DNA of 64,000 nt. Origin: Octopus vulgaris. Its lineage: Eukaryota. Below are positions 26,058 through 38,581 of this stretch, piece by piece (the first letter of the stretch is position 1; each line of letters begins with the position of its first letter). Made by a program: the position numbers and the translations under genes. Below the pieces are notes generated by a model. That model was not told where the DNA came from and searched no databases. It was given only the letters and a program-made list of their open reading frames with translations. The DNA lies in assembly GCA_951406725.2 (NCBI GenBank), contig OX597823.1:76074001-76138000 (forward strand), given 5' to 3'.

Positions 26058-27047
26058 TATATCACTATTTGTGTATGTATGAATGTACGTTCGCGTATGC
26101 GTTGGTTTGTGTGTGTGCGTGTTTTTGTGTATGTATGTGTGGTGTATGTGTTCGTGTGCGCGTTGTTCTTGTTTATGTATGTGTGCATATATATATGCTT
26201 CTGAGTTTGTTTGAAGATGCTCGAATTTCGCAAAACCATCTGCACCCACCAATTTAAGCAAAGCCATTCCACTATTGTTTATTACCTATTCAACTGTCAA
26301 ATCAGCTTTAAACGACATTTCCCTAACAATATATAACCGCAGATATCCTTAATCCTAAACCACACTAAATATGACATATCGATTAGTTGAAACATACGTT
26401 ATTATCACATGTACAGAATATCAATTTTATTAATTTAATTACAACCAAAAGCGGCTTCCTTCACAAATGCAACACGTTTGTTACCTATATTCCTATCCCT
26501 TCACAATATATGTATCTTTTTTATTTGTGATTTGGGGGTGTTTTTTTTTTGCATTTTCCTCCACTATTTTCTAGGTTTTGCTTTTAGTTCGTTTCCTTTT
26601 TCGTTTCAGCGCTCAAGTACTGTTTGTTATTCATCTTCATGTGTAATTGATAGTTTCACTCAAATATTTTTTATTTATTCACTTTTATTCTTCCATTTGC
26701 TTTCATCTATTTATCTTTAGTTATCTTCATTTAACTTTGAACCAATAATATTGTTCTACGAAAGAAGGCGGCGATATCATTTCCCACTATACAAATATAA
26801 TTTTCCCCCTGTAAACGACACATACACGCACACGCTATGGCGGTCCATTTACCTGAGTAAACGAGACAACAAAATTTGTGTAACATCTTAATAATATAAA
26901 GTTTAAATGCATATTAATTCAATTTATTTCACGGTGTTCAGAAATATTTCCCTTAATTGCATTCACACCTGCGTCACATATTTCTTATATACAAACATTT
27001 CCTCTACGCAGACACACACATACGCACATATGTGTGTATATATATAT

Positions 27048-27112
<65 letters not shown>

Positions 27113-27129
27113 TGTGTGTGTCTATGTGC

Positions 27130-28945
27130 GTGATAAATGAGAGAGACGGGAGATGGAAGATACGAGAAAGTTTATTGACCACTACAATTGTTTCGACCCA
27201 TCTAGCATAGATGTCTCGTAGTTGGGATATTATACAACTGGTTTAGGTATATTCCTTGGTATAGATGTGTCTTCTCAGGTGATTTCAAGAGGCATCCCGT
27301 TAAAATAAACTCTATTTCGCATGAAGATTTCTTCTTGGTTTTCGTATATGGAAATGGCAAATTATGGTGTACAGCTTTATTCTTGTACATGATAGAGAAC
27401 AAAGATCAGACACCTAAGGAAACAAACATACAACACTGCGAAAAAAATTATTACAAATAATCGTTCGTAGATTGGATGTACAAACGCTCACACATGTATG
27501 GTGTGTCACATGTACACCTGTTTGTACAAACGTATATACAAGAATATAAAACTATGCATTTTGTAGACAAATAAGAAGTTCATTAATAAGTTTTCAGAAA
27601 GACTATCAAGATGCTTACATACTACTACATGCACTATCGTAGAATTCAGTGGGCATGAATTAGAGAAATTCTTGATTAAACTAATAACCACACTTATCCT
27701 AAATGTATGGATGAATATGTGCAATCTCCCCATTCTTACAAACACAATGCTACACTAGTTACCAAAATCACTGAGATGCCTCTTGGTCATTGTATACAGC
27801 TTAAAGCGAGATATATGCTAATTCGTATCTCTCAATATGTATCGCCCACCGTGGGATGAAAACGCAAATAACCTACGACTGACTACACTGGAGAGCCTAA
27901 CCCTGGTATTAATGCTTTCTACAGTCTATCTGTTGTTTTATTAGCCGTTCATTCCAAACAAAAAAAACACATTTACTATGTCAGTATTTATGTCCAAAAA
28001 CACATTTACTGTGAAGGCGCATGGCTCAGTGGTTAGAACGTCGAGCTTACGATCATGACATTACAAGTTCGATTCTTGGACCAGGCTGCGTGTTATGTTC
28101 TTGGGCAAGACACTTTATTTCACGTTGCTCCAGTTGACTCAGCTGTAGAAATGAGTTGCGACATCACTGGTGCCAATCTGTATCGGCCTTTGCCTTTCCC
28201 TTGGATAACATCAGTGGTTTGGAACGTGGAGGCTGGTATGCATGGGCGAGTGCTGGTCTTCCGTAAACAACTTTGCCCGGGTTTGTGCCTCGGAGGGTAA
28301 CTTTCTAGGTGCAATCCCATGGTCATTCATGACCGAGGGGGGTCTTCTCATTTGTGTCCGTATTTATGGTTGAGCAAGTGTTATAAGCATATCAACGAGA
28401 CCCAGTGGACCGCACCACAGAAACTATGACTCCTAACCACGCGGTGTCGTATCACTAGCCAGTAACAGCCACTGATATTATCAATAACTACTTGTTTCTG
28501 TGTGCGAGCGTACGTGGACCAGACCACGCGTGTGTGCTTGTATGTGCATGTGCGTTTGTACAAGCGAGTGAATGTGCGCCAGATCACATATTTGTGGGTG
28601 CTTGTGCATCAATATCTACGAATAGTTATATCTAATAATTTCTTCACTGTATCGAGTATTTGTTATGGATCATCTATAAGATGGAAGCTGTATCCTTCGC
28701 ATATAGAAATGGCAAATTATTGTCATTTCTATATGCGAAGACTGAGAAGAAATCTTGGGAAACAGAGTTTATTTCAACGAGATACCTCTTGAAATTGCCT
28801 TAGGAGACACATCTACACGGAGGGATGCACCTAAACCAGCTGTATAATATCCCACCCACGATGTATCAATGATGAGTCGAAACAATTGTAGTTAGTGATC
28901 TATAAAATTTCTCGTATCTTCTATCCTCCGTCTCAAATTTATCAC
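27130..28945. repeat. Diverged ~230-bp inverted pair (27130-27360 / 28720-28945), each with a minimal hammerhead-like core
   Basis: For example GAAGATACGAGAAAGTTTATTGACCACTACAATTGTTTCGAC versus GTCGAAACAATTGTAGTTAGTGATCTATAAAATTTCTCGTATCTTC. Confidence 0.85.
28011..28348 (+). mobile_element. tRNA-derived SINE, family 3
   Basis: A-box TGGCTCAGTGG and B-box AGTTCGATTCT; diverged relative at 49520-49835. Confidence 0.8.
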
Positions 28946-29020
28946 ATCTCCAACGAGCACTGAGCCAGTGAAAGTGCTTTACCGGTAAACTACCAATTCT
29001 ATAACATACGATTTATTAAC

Positions 29021-29061
<41 letters not shown>

Positions 29062-29680
29062 GATGCAGTACCAGGTAGTGGCTTTCATGATACCCTAATG
29101 CAGTACCAGCGATTGGCTTTCATGATGCTCTCATGCAGTACCAGACAGTGGTTTTCATGGCTTCTTATTTTAACTGATTGGAAGTGTTATCATGTACATT
29201 GTTTTGTCTTGGTATAAAAGATAAGCTACAGCAAATATTCTGCTCAGTACCACAGATTTGCTTTTCAATTGCTTAACCTTAACCAGTTGAGCGTGTCCCT
29301 TTGTTGCTGATGATATGTGCATCTCTGATCACGAGCAGAAGTGGTGAGGGAGCATGACAGCCATGTGTTGAGAGAAATTCTTTGGGGTTTGAACAATTCA
29401 TCTCTGGAAACATGGGTGCTTTGTTCATTATCATTAAACAGCACTTATATACGGACTACTTGAGTGAGATGGCATACTCGACTTTTAGAAAACTCTAACT
29501 GGGACCCACCTGGAAGGTCATGTGATGTTTATCTTCATAGGAGATCACCGTGTGGCGTACATATGTTTGTGTTGCATGTGCCTGGTGTACCCTTATCAGA
29601 CGGGTAGTCATGATAGATATATTAAGCTTCGTATATCTGTACCTCAGTATCACTAATGGCATGCGCTGCTTTCTCACTCA
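29062..29680. mobile_element. ~555-bp non-coding element, copy 3, with a triplicated ~35-bp left unit
   Basis: Homologous to 15961-16517 and preceded by (TAA)n; ATGCAGTACCAG occurs three times at the left end. Confidence 0.85.
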
Positions 29681-29689
29681 GTAATAAGC

Positions 29690-30241
29690 TCTTATATACA
29701 ATCCGTTCTGTCTATCTGTGTGTATATCTTCTCGAATCTCGATAATCCTCCATCCAATTGCACTCAAATATGATATGTTGATACTGACGATATCAGGACC
29801 TGTATAAGTCTTGAAAACATTACAAAAATCGATTCCAGGTGAGAATGCGATCGATAAAGCTGTTTTTGTACTGCTTTCCTTCCGTCAACCTGTACATGAC
29901 TGCACTTTCCATTTTTTGGTGTTTTTGTACTGCGTAAAGGCACGTTTCTTTCCTGCCAGGCTTGCCATTTAAATCATGTTTGTGTTCTCCCAGTGAACAA
30001 CCTTATCATTACTGGTACTTTTAACTCTTCGGTTGCATATTTGTGTGAATAAAACCGTTTTTCTTTTGGAATACAAAAAGTCTATCTTTATTTCTTCTTT
30101 TGCTGGTATCTCAAATTTAGGTTAAATCAGTGTTTCGAAAATGGCAGGCCTATGGGACAGTCGGACAAGTTGTTTTGAGAAAATTTGGTTTAAATGTTCG
30201 ACAACTCAGCACCGTCCATTGGACGGTGGGCGTTTTGCTCG
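29690..30241 (+). mobile_element. Non-autonomous Helitron-like element
   Basis: 5' TC.TATATA..TGTCTATCTGTG start. 3' hairpin CACCGTCC-att-GGACGGTG (30210-30228) lies 9 nt before CTCG|T, a CTAG variant. Confidence 0.6.
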
Positions 30242-31207
30242 TAACAATATATTCACACACATACGCACACATATACATATCATTGACTCTTCAGAGATAC
30301 AGTAAATTTGCCTTGAATAAAATACTCAGTACTGGTTGTAATATCAAAATAATATTTATTATTCATAATAATATTTGTTGGCTTTGAATATTCATTCATA
30401 CATGCTTCCAAAACCATATTGCCCTGAGAAACAAATATCCGCTAAAATTCGAAATAAACAATCAGTATAATTAATAATACATATTATATAGTTATACATG
30501 TGTGTGTGTGTTTGTTTGTTTTTGTCAGTAAACAGAAAATTTGCTGATATCCGGTTTACTGAGCATAGGATTCACATGCAATATAACCTGTGTTGTTGCT
30601 TACCACTCTTCATATTGCGATCAACTTTGTTTGTTAACATTTAATCAGCGATGGAGACCGAAAATTCTGCTTCGAAAGTCTTAATCGATATTTTACGTTC
30701 TTGTTTCATTAAATTTTCCGCTGACTCCACAATATAAACAATCACAAAAGATGCATTTTAGTGGTTGTCATCATATTTTCAAGTGCTGCAGCAACAGGGA
30801 AAGTCATATTTATTTTCGGGATCATGGCTGATACATCGGGATTACAAACATTAAAAGATAAATAGATAAAAAAATAAATAAATAAACATTGAACTCTTAG
30901 AAAGTTTCATATACTGCTCATTCAGACAACTGAACAAATGGAAAATACAAATTCTTTCCTCTTTTCGAAATAAAGGAAAGAGATGATCATGTACGAAAGG
31001 CAAAGACAAAATATATTTAAAAGTATATAAATACAAACTTAAACCGGAAATTGTCAATATATTTTCGTCTGCAAAGATTACATAATAACATGTTTGTCTG
31101 AGGAAAATGTAAACAGCGAAAAAGCTTACAGTACGAAAACACCCTTGGAACTATACGTGTTATTTTAAGATATTTTATGTAATTCTTTTACTCTTTTACA
31201 AACACAA

Positions 31208-31240
<33 letters not shown>

Positions 31241-32518
31241 CAGGGTGAGGAAGCAAAATTTACAATGAACGTTAAGTTGCTTTTTCTAAGGAGTCACTAA
31301 GTCAATTCTTTTGAAACCTAGCATATACTGATGTCATACTCATACCTAACACTATTATCCTTACCTTTTCAGTAACTTTTACCCATATGAGTAATCAGGA
31401 AAGCAAACGTCAAAGAGAGTGCGATTTTCTGAATGCACTCGTCACACCAAAGGAGATTTCAAGGATAGTTGGAGTGTCCATAAAGACTGTTTATAATGTA
31501 AAGAATAGAATGACTATTACGAGGAAGTCTGGAAGTAGAGGAATCAACAAAAAACGTACTAAAGCTTTTATTAAAGCTCTCAAATCCAAAATCCTAAAGG
31601 ATCCAACGAAATCCATGAGAAAAATAGCAATTGAACTTGAGGTAGACAAGAAGACCATTAGAAATGCAGTAAAATATGATTTGAGGTTAAAATCTTACAC
31701 AAGAACACCAAAACATTTGTTGACAACAACTATGAAGGAAAAGAGATTGGAGAGGTGCAAGAAAATTATTACATGGTTCAAGAAAAAGTCCTCCATTGTA
31801 ACAATCTTTTCAGATGAAAAGATCTTTACTGTCGATGCTGTTCTGAACCGCAGAAATGACAGATTTATTGCAAAATCAACAGCTGAGGTTAAGGGGACAT
31901 TCAAAACAAAACATCCTGCACAAGTTATGGCTTTTGGTGTTGTGGCTTCCGATGGAAAGAAAATGCCGATAAAATTCTACAAAGCTGATGAAAGGATCAA
32001 TGTTAATACTTACTACAAGACCCCGAGATACCAGGTATTACCATGGCTTAAAGCAAACTACCCAGATAGTAATTATGTATGGACACAGGATGGTGCTCCA
32101 GCCCACACAGCCAGAAAAATACAAGATTTCTGCAAATCCAACTTTAGCGATTTTTGGGAAGCATGTTTATGGCCGCCTTCTAGCCCAGATCTAAACCCTC
32201 TGGATTATTCTATTCGGGGCGTTTTAGAACATGCTACCAATAGAACATCACACAGCAATGTCCACTCTCTTAAATATACTATTACAGAAGAATGGGAGAA
32301 ATTGTCTCCCGAATATTTGAGGAACACTTGTACAAGTTTCAGGAAGCGTGTGAAGGCAGTTATTGAGAAAGAAGGAGGACACATAGAATAAAACCATTTT
32401 CTATTATGTAAATTTTCTTGTGGCAAATAAATTCTCATAACTTTCAATAAAATAATTGGTCATACACTGTCTTTCACTCCCTGCCTCAAAATATTGGAAA
32501 TTTTGCTTCCTCACCCTG
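31241..32518 (+). mobile_element. Full-length Tc1/mariner DD37D (maT) transposon
   Basis: 26-bp TIRs CAGGGTGAGGAAGCAAAATTT(A/C)CAAT, TA on both flanks, single transposase ORF. Confidence 0.95.
31387..32391 (+). CDS. DD37D (maT) transposase, 334 aa
   Basis: N-terminal HTH; FSDEK, QDGAPAH and SPDLNPLDY motifs, with 37 residues counted between the second and third Asp. Confidence 0.93.
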   Translation: MSNQESKRQRECDFLNALVTPKEISRIVGVSIKTVYNVKNRMTITRKSGSRGINKKRTKAFIKALKSKILKDPTKSMRKIAIELEVDKKTIRNAVKYDLRLKSYTRTPKHLLTTTMKEKRLERCKKIITWFKKKSSIVTIFSDEKIFTVDAVLNRRNDRFIAKSTAEVKGTFKTKHPAQVMAFGVVASDGKKMPIKFYKADERINVNTYYKTPRYQVLPWLKANYPDSNYVWTQDGAPAHTARKIQDFCKSNFSDFWEACLWPPSSPDLNPLDYSIRGVLEHATNRTSHSNVHSLKYTITEEWEKLSPEYLRNTCTSFRKRVKAVIEKEGGHIE

Positions 32519-32671
32519 TATACATATATACGACGGGCTTCTTTCAGTTTCGGTCTACCAAATCCCCTCACAAGGCTTTGGTCGGCCCGAGGCTATAGTA
32601 GAAGACACTTGCCCAAGGTGCCGCGCAGTGGGAATAAACCCGGAACCACGTGGTTGGTAAGCAAGCTACTT

Positions 32672-34914
32672 TATTTCAAAACATTTGCCATAAAGGCAGT
32701 ACACAGATTAAGTTAGCTTTGCGGGCTGGACGAGGACATTAATGAGGTGAATGATAATGAAAGAAAGATGATAAGGATGGGAGAAGACAGAAAGCGCCCG
32801 CCGACTTTTGCTTCTCTAAAACATTGTTCTTTTTTAAAAAAAGATTAACACAAAACGAGGTATTAAACCTCTTACAATTTTTCCAATTTTGGGCTTAGCA
32901 GTCCATTATTAATACAAAACGAGGTATTAATCCTCTTACAATTTTTCAATTTTTGGACTTAAGTCCATTACTAATAATACATATCGTCCTCGAAATAGCT
33001 TGTGCCCGCGCCCTCCACCATCAACCACGCCTCCCTCAGAACGTAGTCAAGTTCCGAGTTCGCGTCGCCCGGGACCAAGTTATAGTCTTCATTGAGCTCC
33101 TTTAGCCCTAGCGTCACGTCGAACGCCACGGCCTCCACAGCTACCTGCGGAGGCCATTTGGGGTCCTGTGTGAAGGCTAAAGGTGCTCCCTTGTAGTGCT
33201 CTTCCATCACTTTTTCAATTTCTCCTCCTCTATAGAAGAGGACCAATACATTCAGTTCTTTCGTTGGCGGCACAGTTTCCGCCAACGGTATTCCTTCTCT
33301 TGTCGGTGGCACAACCCCAACCGACGTAGTTCCGCGACATTCCGGTGCCACACTGACAGCCGGCAACGTCCCGTTTTTCTTCCTCTTTTTCTTTTTTTTT
33401 TCCCTTTTCAACTGAGGGAGGGTGCGTCACCTCCGTGGCTGGAAGATTCGCCCTCCTCTCCTCATCCCTATTATCCTTTGGTGAGCACCCATTATTGCTC
33501 ACCTTCCTCTTTCGGCCTCTGCTTGAGGAGTCCTCTGCTTTCTCGGCCGTTATCGTTCCCTCTTCTAGAGGGGTTTTACTTAACTGTTCCGGGATCCTAT
33601 TTTGTTCCCGAGGACAGTTTTTCTTTATGTGGCCGGACTCCAAGCACCGATGACACTTAGGGGGGCGACCCTCAAGCATCACCGAGTACCTGCACCCGGC
33701 CATTTTCAAAAAATCTGGAAAAACCAGATTGGCTGATTTGGTCCACAGGGTCAAAACTGCTTTCGAGCCAACCCAAGCAGCCGCAGGAAGAACTTTTACA
33801 TTGAGGAGCTTAGTTTCGCTGTCACCCAGACCCCGGCGGATAGTCTCCTCTATCCACTCGGGTTCTATGTCGGGTGGCAGTCCGCAGATCCAAGCTTTCA
33901 TCAATTTCTTTTTTTGTAAGTGGGCAGGAATAAGATTTCCTTACCCTCCAAGGGTTCGCTAGCAAATTTGCAAGCCTCTTCAGGGGTGTCAAACAGCAAC
34001 CACACCGTTCCATATTTGACACCCCTGGAAATGAATTTAATTGTTGGCAAATACTCCTCCAACTCCTCCTCAATTGCCGTCTTTTCGAATAGGGCGATGG
34101 TGTCAAGTGCCTTGGAGTAGGTTCTCAACACCACCGTCCTATCTTCACGGTCCTTCAACCACTTTTTGGGTGGTATGATTTCCCACTCCAAAACTTTGTT
34201 ATTTTTCATTGCCATGTTTTTTAAAAAATATATTCAAATTAGACTCAAAAGCAGGAAGAAAAAAGTTCAAAAGTCTAAATAAATTTGATAGATTTTTGAA
34301 AAAACAAAAAGGAGAAAGCACAACAGAAGGGAAGAAATTAACGGAAAGTCGCAATAAAGAAAAAACAAAAGGGGTGGGGGGTAAATGAAGTTCAAAAGAA
34401 AGTTAATAAACAGAAAAAACACAGCAAAAATATTCTGGCCTTGCGGTACTCCCGGCCTGGGTTGAACCTGGAACACCGCAACTGCAACACAACCTCCACA
34501 AAAAGGTCCGAAAGGTAATCCAATAGTGGCTTATTTTTATACTTTTCTTGCGAAGTACTCTGACAAGGGAATAAATTCAACAAATCCAAACACAGCACTG
34601 GCTACCGCCAACGGTGATTTTAACAGTAACTGTATTGAATTCTGAGGATACGCCCCTCCACTGTTTTTTCTTTTTTTTTTTTTTTCAATGAACACAAAAA
34701 CGGCAGCCGCCTAGCGCAGGCGAAATTGTCTCAGAGTTGGACACAACCTACTGAAATAATAATTGGCACGCAATAAATTATGCCCAACTCACAATAAACA
34801 AAATCACTTACCTCGACAACTTTCCGTTTTTGGTCTTTTTTCTTTAGTTGGAAGGAGCTTGTTACTCACGTCCACTCTAGCTCAACAGGAAGCAACCGAC
34901 TAACTGCGCATGTG
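32672..34914 (-). mobile_element. ORF1-only L1/Tx1-like non-LTR element with a 17-bp target duplication
   Basis: Flanked by TGGT(A/T)AGCAAGCTACTT (32655-32671, 34915-34931). Contains a ~700-bp 5' UTR, a gag-like ORF and a ~300-bp 3' region ending AATAAA. No EN or RT. Confidence 0.8.
32971..34215 (-). pseudogene. L1/Tx1-type ORF1 protein (RRM-like plus CCHC knuckle), broken by two frameshifts
   Basis: ORFs 33901-34215, 33230-33904 and 32971-33411 join at A-runs. KAWICGLPPDI and EGRPPKCHRCLESGHIKKNCP (CX2CX4HX4C) are present. Confidence 0.8.
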
Positions 34915-34950
34915 TGGTTAGCAAGCTACTTACCACACAGCCACTCATGC

Positions 34951-34983
<33 letters not shown>

Positions 34984-35215
34984 GCTTTTTGCCGAAACCA
35001 TGGTTCGCTTTGTTTTCTTACTTTATTATCATCTTATAATCATCTCATAATAATGACTCTTATGACTACCTCAGTCCATCTAATTGTATATATTTGTCGG
35101 TATCTATCATAAAAAGCTTTTTTTTATTTGCAATGTGCATTTTCGTTGATTTTTCATATTTTACCCTTACATTTCAACGTGTATTTTATATTTTCTTTTT
35201 GTAACATATTTCTAC

Positions 35216-35257
<42 letters not shown>

Positions 35258-35910
35258 AGTTTCCATGTACCAAATCTACTCACAATGCCTTGTTCGTCCC
35301 AGGGATATACTAGAAGACACTTGCTCAAATATATATGTGCTTACAGTCTCGTGTTTGTGTGTGTGTGTGAGTGCGCGCGCTTACGCGTGTGTGTGTAAGG
35401 GTGTATTTCAAACAAAGAAGTTCACGTAAATATTTCCTCCAAATCCAATATGGAGTAAAAAGTGTACTGTAAATGAGATTAATACAAGCACAACCAATGA
35501 GATTTTGCAGCAATTCATTTCAATAAACATCACCCGATGTCCTTATCCGCCATCTTTATGATGATGTCTTTCAGATAATTTATTTTGTGTGTATACATGT
35601 CTGTGTGTAGCACAATAGTGTATGCCAGAGTCATCTAAATATACGTAAGTTAATTGGTCTATATTTGCTGATTTGTTAATCCTTCAACAATTACTTCAAT
35701 TGTGTTCTATCATCGCCATTTTCCAATTGTTCGTTGTTGTTTTACTTTTTATATATATTCTTTGCAACATCTTTAAATGCATTTTATTGTTATACGTATG
35801 TATTTATTTTGTTTTCTACATTATCACATACAGACATGTAAACATACATGCATTTACACACACATATAGCGTGTGTAAATATGTGTGTATCGGGTTGTAT
35901 ACGCATATAT

Positions 35911-35941
<31 letters not shown>

Positions 35942-35989
35942 CATGCATGCATGTATGTATGTATCTATGTATTTATGTGTATGCATACG

Positions 35990-36800
35990 CGTGGGAATGG
36001 ATGAATGGACAGAAGTTTTACTTTTGCTGAGAAAATGGAAGGACCAACTCGTTCAAATGTTTGATGATGAATTAATGGTGTAAATGGGGAACTGTTTGCT
36101 CTAGGCATTGCATCAAATAACATTGAAGACATGACACTAATGATAGTCTGATGTGTACCAGATTCTTATATATATCAAGAGTGACGTTGAAACTGTGCTT
36201 CAGTTTGTTTAATGCTTCATCAAAGAGTTGGTCAACTACTTTTCCAATTAACATATATGATACTGCTGATCAAAACATCGGGTCTTAACTGGAAGTTTGT
36301 TTGTTAAACTATTTCCTTTTTGATGTCTACAACTTTGGCTTTGTTCTTCTTCAAACATTTTAAAATGCAGGAATGACTATTGATGTGTAATTTTAATGAA
36401 ATAAGACACCAGTACAATTAAATAATTTCAACCTGAGAAAACAAAAATCTGCAATAGTCGTGTGGGCATCACTGTCTGAGAGATGGTTAATGCAATTTTG
36501 TTTATGCTTCTCTATAGGTTGATCTTTAGCTCAAAATCAGCCGTGATGCAGTATATATACGTTCAACAGATTTCCAGCGTTGACCTTTCCATTTCTTCTT
36601 ATAGAAGACTTCATTGCTCTGTGTTGATTTCTTTATTATGGCCATATGTGACTTTAGAGAGTTTCGGCAACTACTTCTAGCAGGTTGAGCATACACATAA
36701 AGGTTTCTTTCTTGCTTATTTCAGATGTTATCAAAGAAGGTCGGGCAGCCCACACGACTAGACCGGATACATTAGACTGGTCAGCTTCAATATATCATAC
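35990..36800 (-). mobile_element. Possible ancient hAT transposase relic
   Basis: Faint motifs in the expected order (YCITADF, PVKTRC..YML, TVPHLH); heavily disrupted. Confidence 0.35.
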
Positions 36801-38299
36801 TGCAAAAATAATACTTTGAGTAGGGGTTGGAGAAATCCTAAACATAAAATTTATGAGTAATACAAATATCTCATTACCAAATATTCTTATTCAAGCATCA
36901 TTGGTAATTATTTTGTAAACAATTATCTTAATTTTAATGTTTGATTTCATACTCGAGAATTATTTCAATAGATTTCCCAAATGTGATATCCTATTTCTGT
37001 GTGTTTCACCAAGTATAGGAAGTCTTTCCGATTCAGACTATCATTTGTTTTCTTGAATTCTTTTCACCTTATAAAGCTTCCTCTATCTATATCTAGCATC
37101 AACTGATCCGTCATGATTAATTGTTATAATTTCAATTTAACTAGTTTTCATTAAACCATTATTAAAGAAAGGAAATAATCAAATTGAGAAAATATTTAAT
37201 TATAAGCTCCGGCTTATCTGAACTCGTAAGACTTGCATTGATATCTCTCATCTTAAATTTATTGGCTCATCATTCATACTAGTATACCAAAATCAAAATT
37301 TAAAACTCTGTAGGACATAGGAAAGTGGTTTACTTCGTTAAACTTGGTAAAAATGTACGCGTTTGTCGTAACTTAATATTTTCAAAAATTCAAAGGAAAT
37401 AGCCAACGACAAAACAAGAAAGACTTTCTATACTTTTGACAGTTGAGCTTGGATATGTCTGTCTTAAGATGCGGCTCAAACCGCTTGCGAAATGATTCGT
37501 ATTCATCATTGAATCAACAAAAAACATGCTAGAAATGTATATTTATTTCCGTTTTGGTTAGACACAAATATTTCATATATTATTAACGTAATAAGTGAGA
37601 AAATGTGTCCAGCTGGATATTAAAACTGTTTTGCAGCATAATACCGCCTTGAAAAGCACTTATCTCTAGCTTATAGTCATGCTATATACTAATTTCGAAT
37701 AGTTTAAGGAGTGAGAGAGCTGCAGAAATTGTAGACTACTTGAAAAATAGATTGTATTATATATTTATGTCAGTTTCTGCAGTAAGTTCACGATATACAT
37801 GGATCAACTTTGACTTACATCACTGAATGGTCATTAAAATAACTAGCTGTTTATACTGAAAACAAGTTAATCAATATCACTCTCTTATAATTCATGACAG
37901 GTGTGTATATTAGGCAAATCAATATTTGGTAGCTTTTCAGAGTAAAAGAGTTAACACCTGAAAAGTAACTAAAGTATATTAGCATCATATAATACGTTCT
38001 TTCTTTATTTTCATTTTACCCAACTAATGTAAGAGAAATAGAAATTAACAAAAGCGTCTCGTGAAAAGTGAGAAAAGAGAGAGATGGAATGAGAAAGGAA
38101 AGCTCTGACTAACAGAGAAGTGAAAGGTGGGTCGAATGTCTGAAATCTGTGACTATGGCTACTTTGAAGTAATCAACATATTGTGGGCACTGCTTTGTTG
38201 CACTTTGCGGCTTAGTCATTTCTTTGAAGTTATTGAGTTATTGTCAAAGAAAATCGAAAGTATACACAAAAAGAAAAGCATACACAAATACATGCTGAG

Positions 38300-38518
38300 A
38301 GAGAGAGAAAAACACATATACATACATATATATGCATATATATATAAATATATATACATACATATATATATATGTATATATATATATATACATATATATG
38401 TATATATATATTTATATACATATATATATGTATATATATATATTTATATATATATATGTGTGTGTGTATATGTATATATATATATGCTTGTGTGTATATA
38501 TATGTGTGTATATATATA

Positions 38519-38580
<62 letters not shown>
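38300..38580. repeat. (TA)/(TG) low-complexity microsatellite
   Basis: Seen directly. Confidence 0.96.

Positions 38581-38581
<1 letters not shown>

Larger units (their letters stand above)
31180..34950 (-). mobile_element. SINE family 1 copy split into three pieces (31180-31240, 32519-32671, 34915-34950) by two insertions
   Basis: The pieces concatenate into the family 1 sequence seen at 56920-57345, with an internal deletion in the tail half. Confidence 0.85.
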
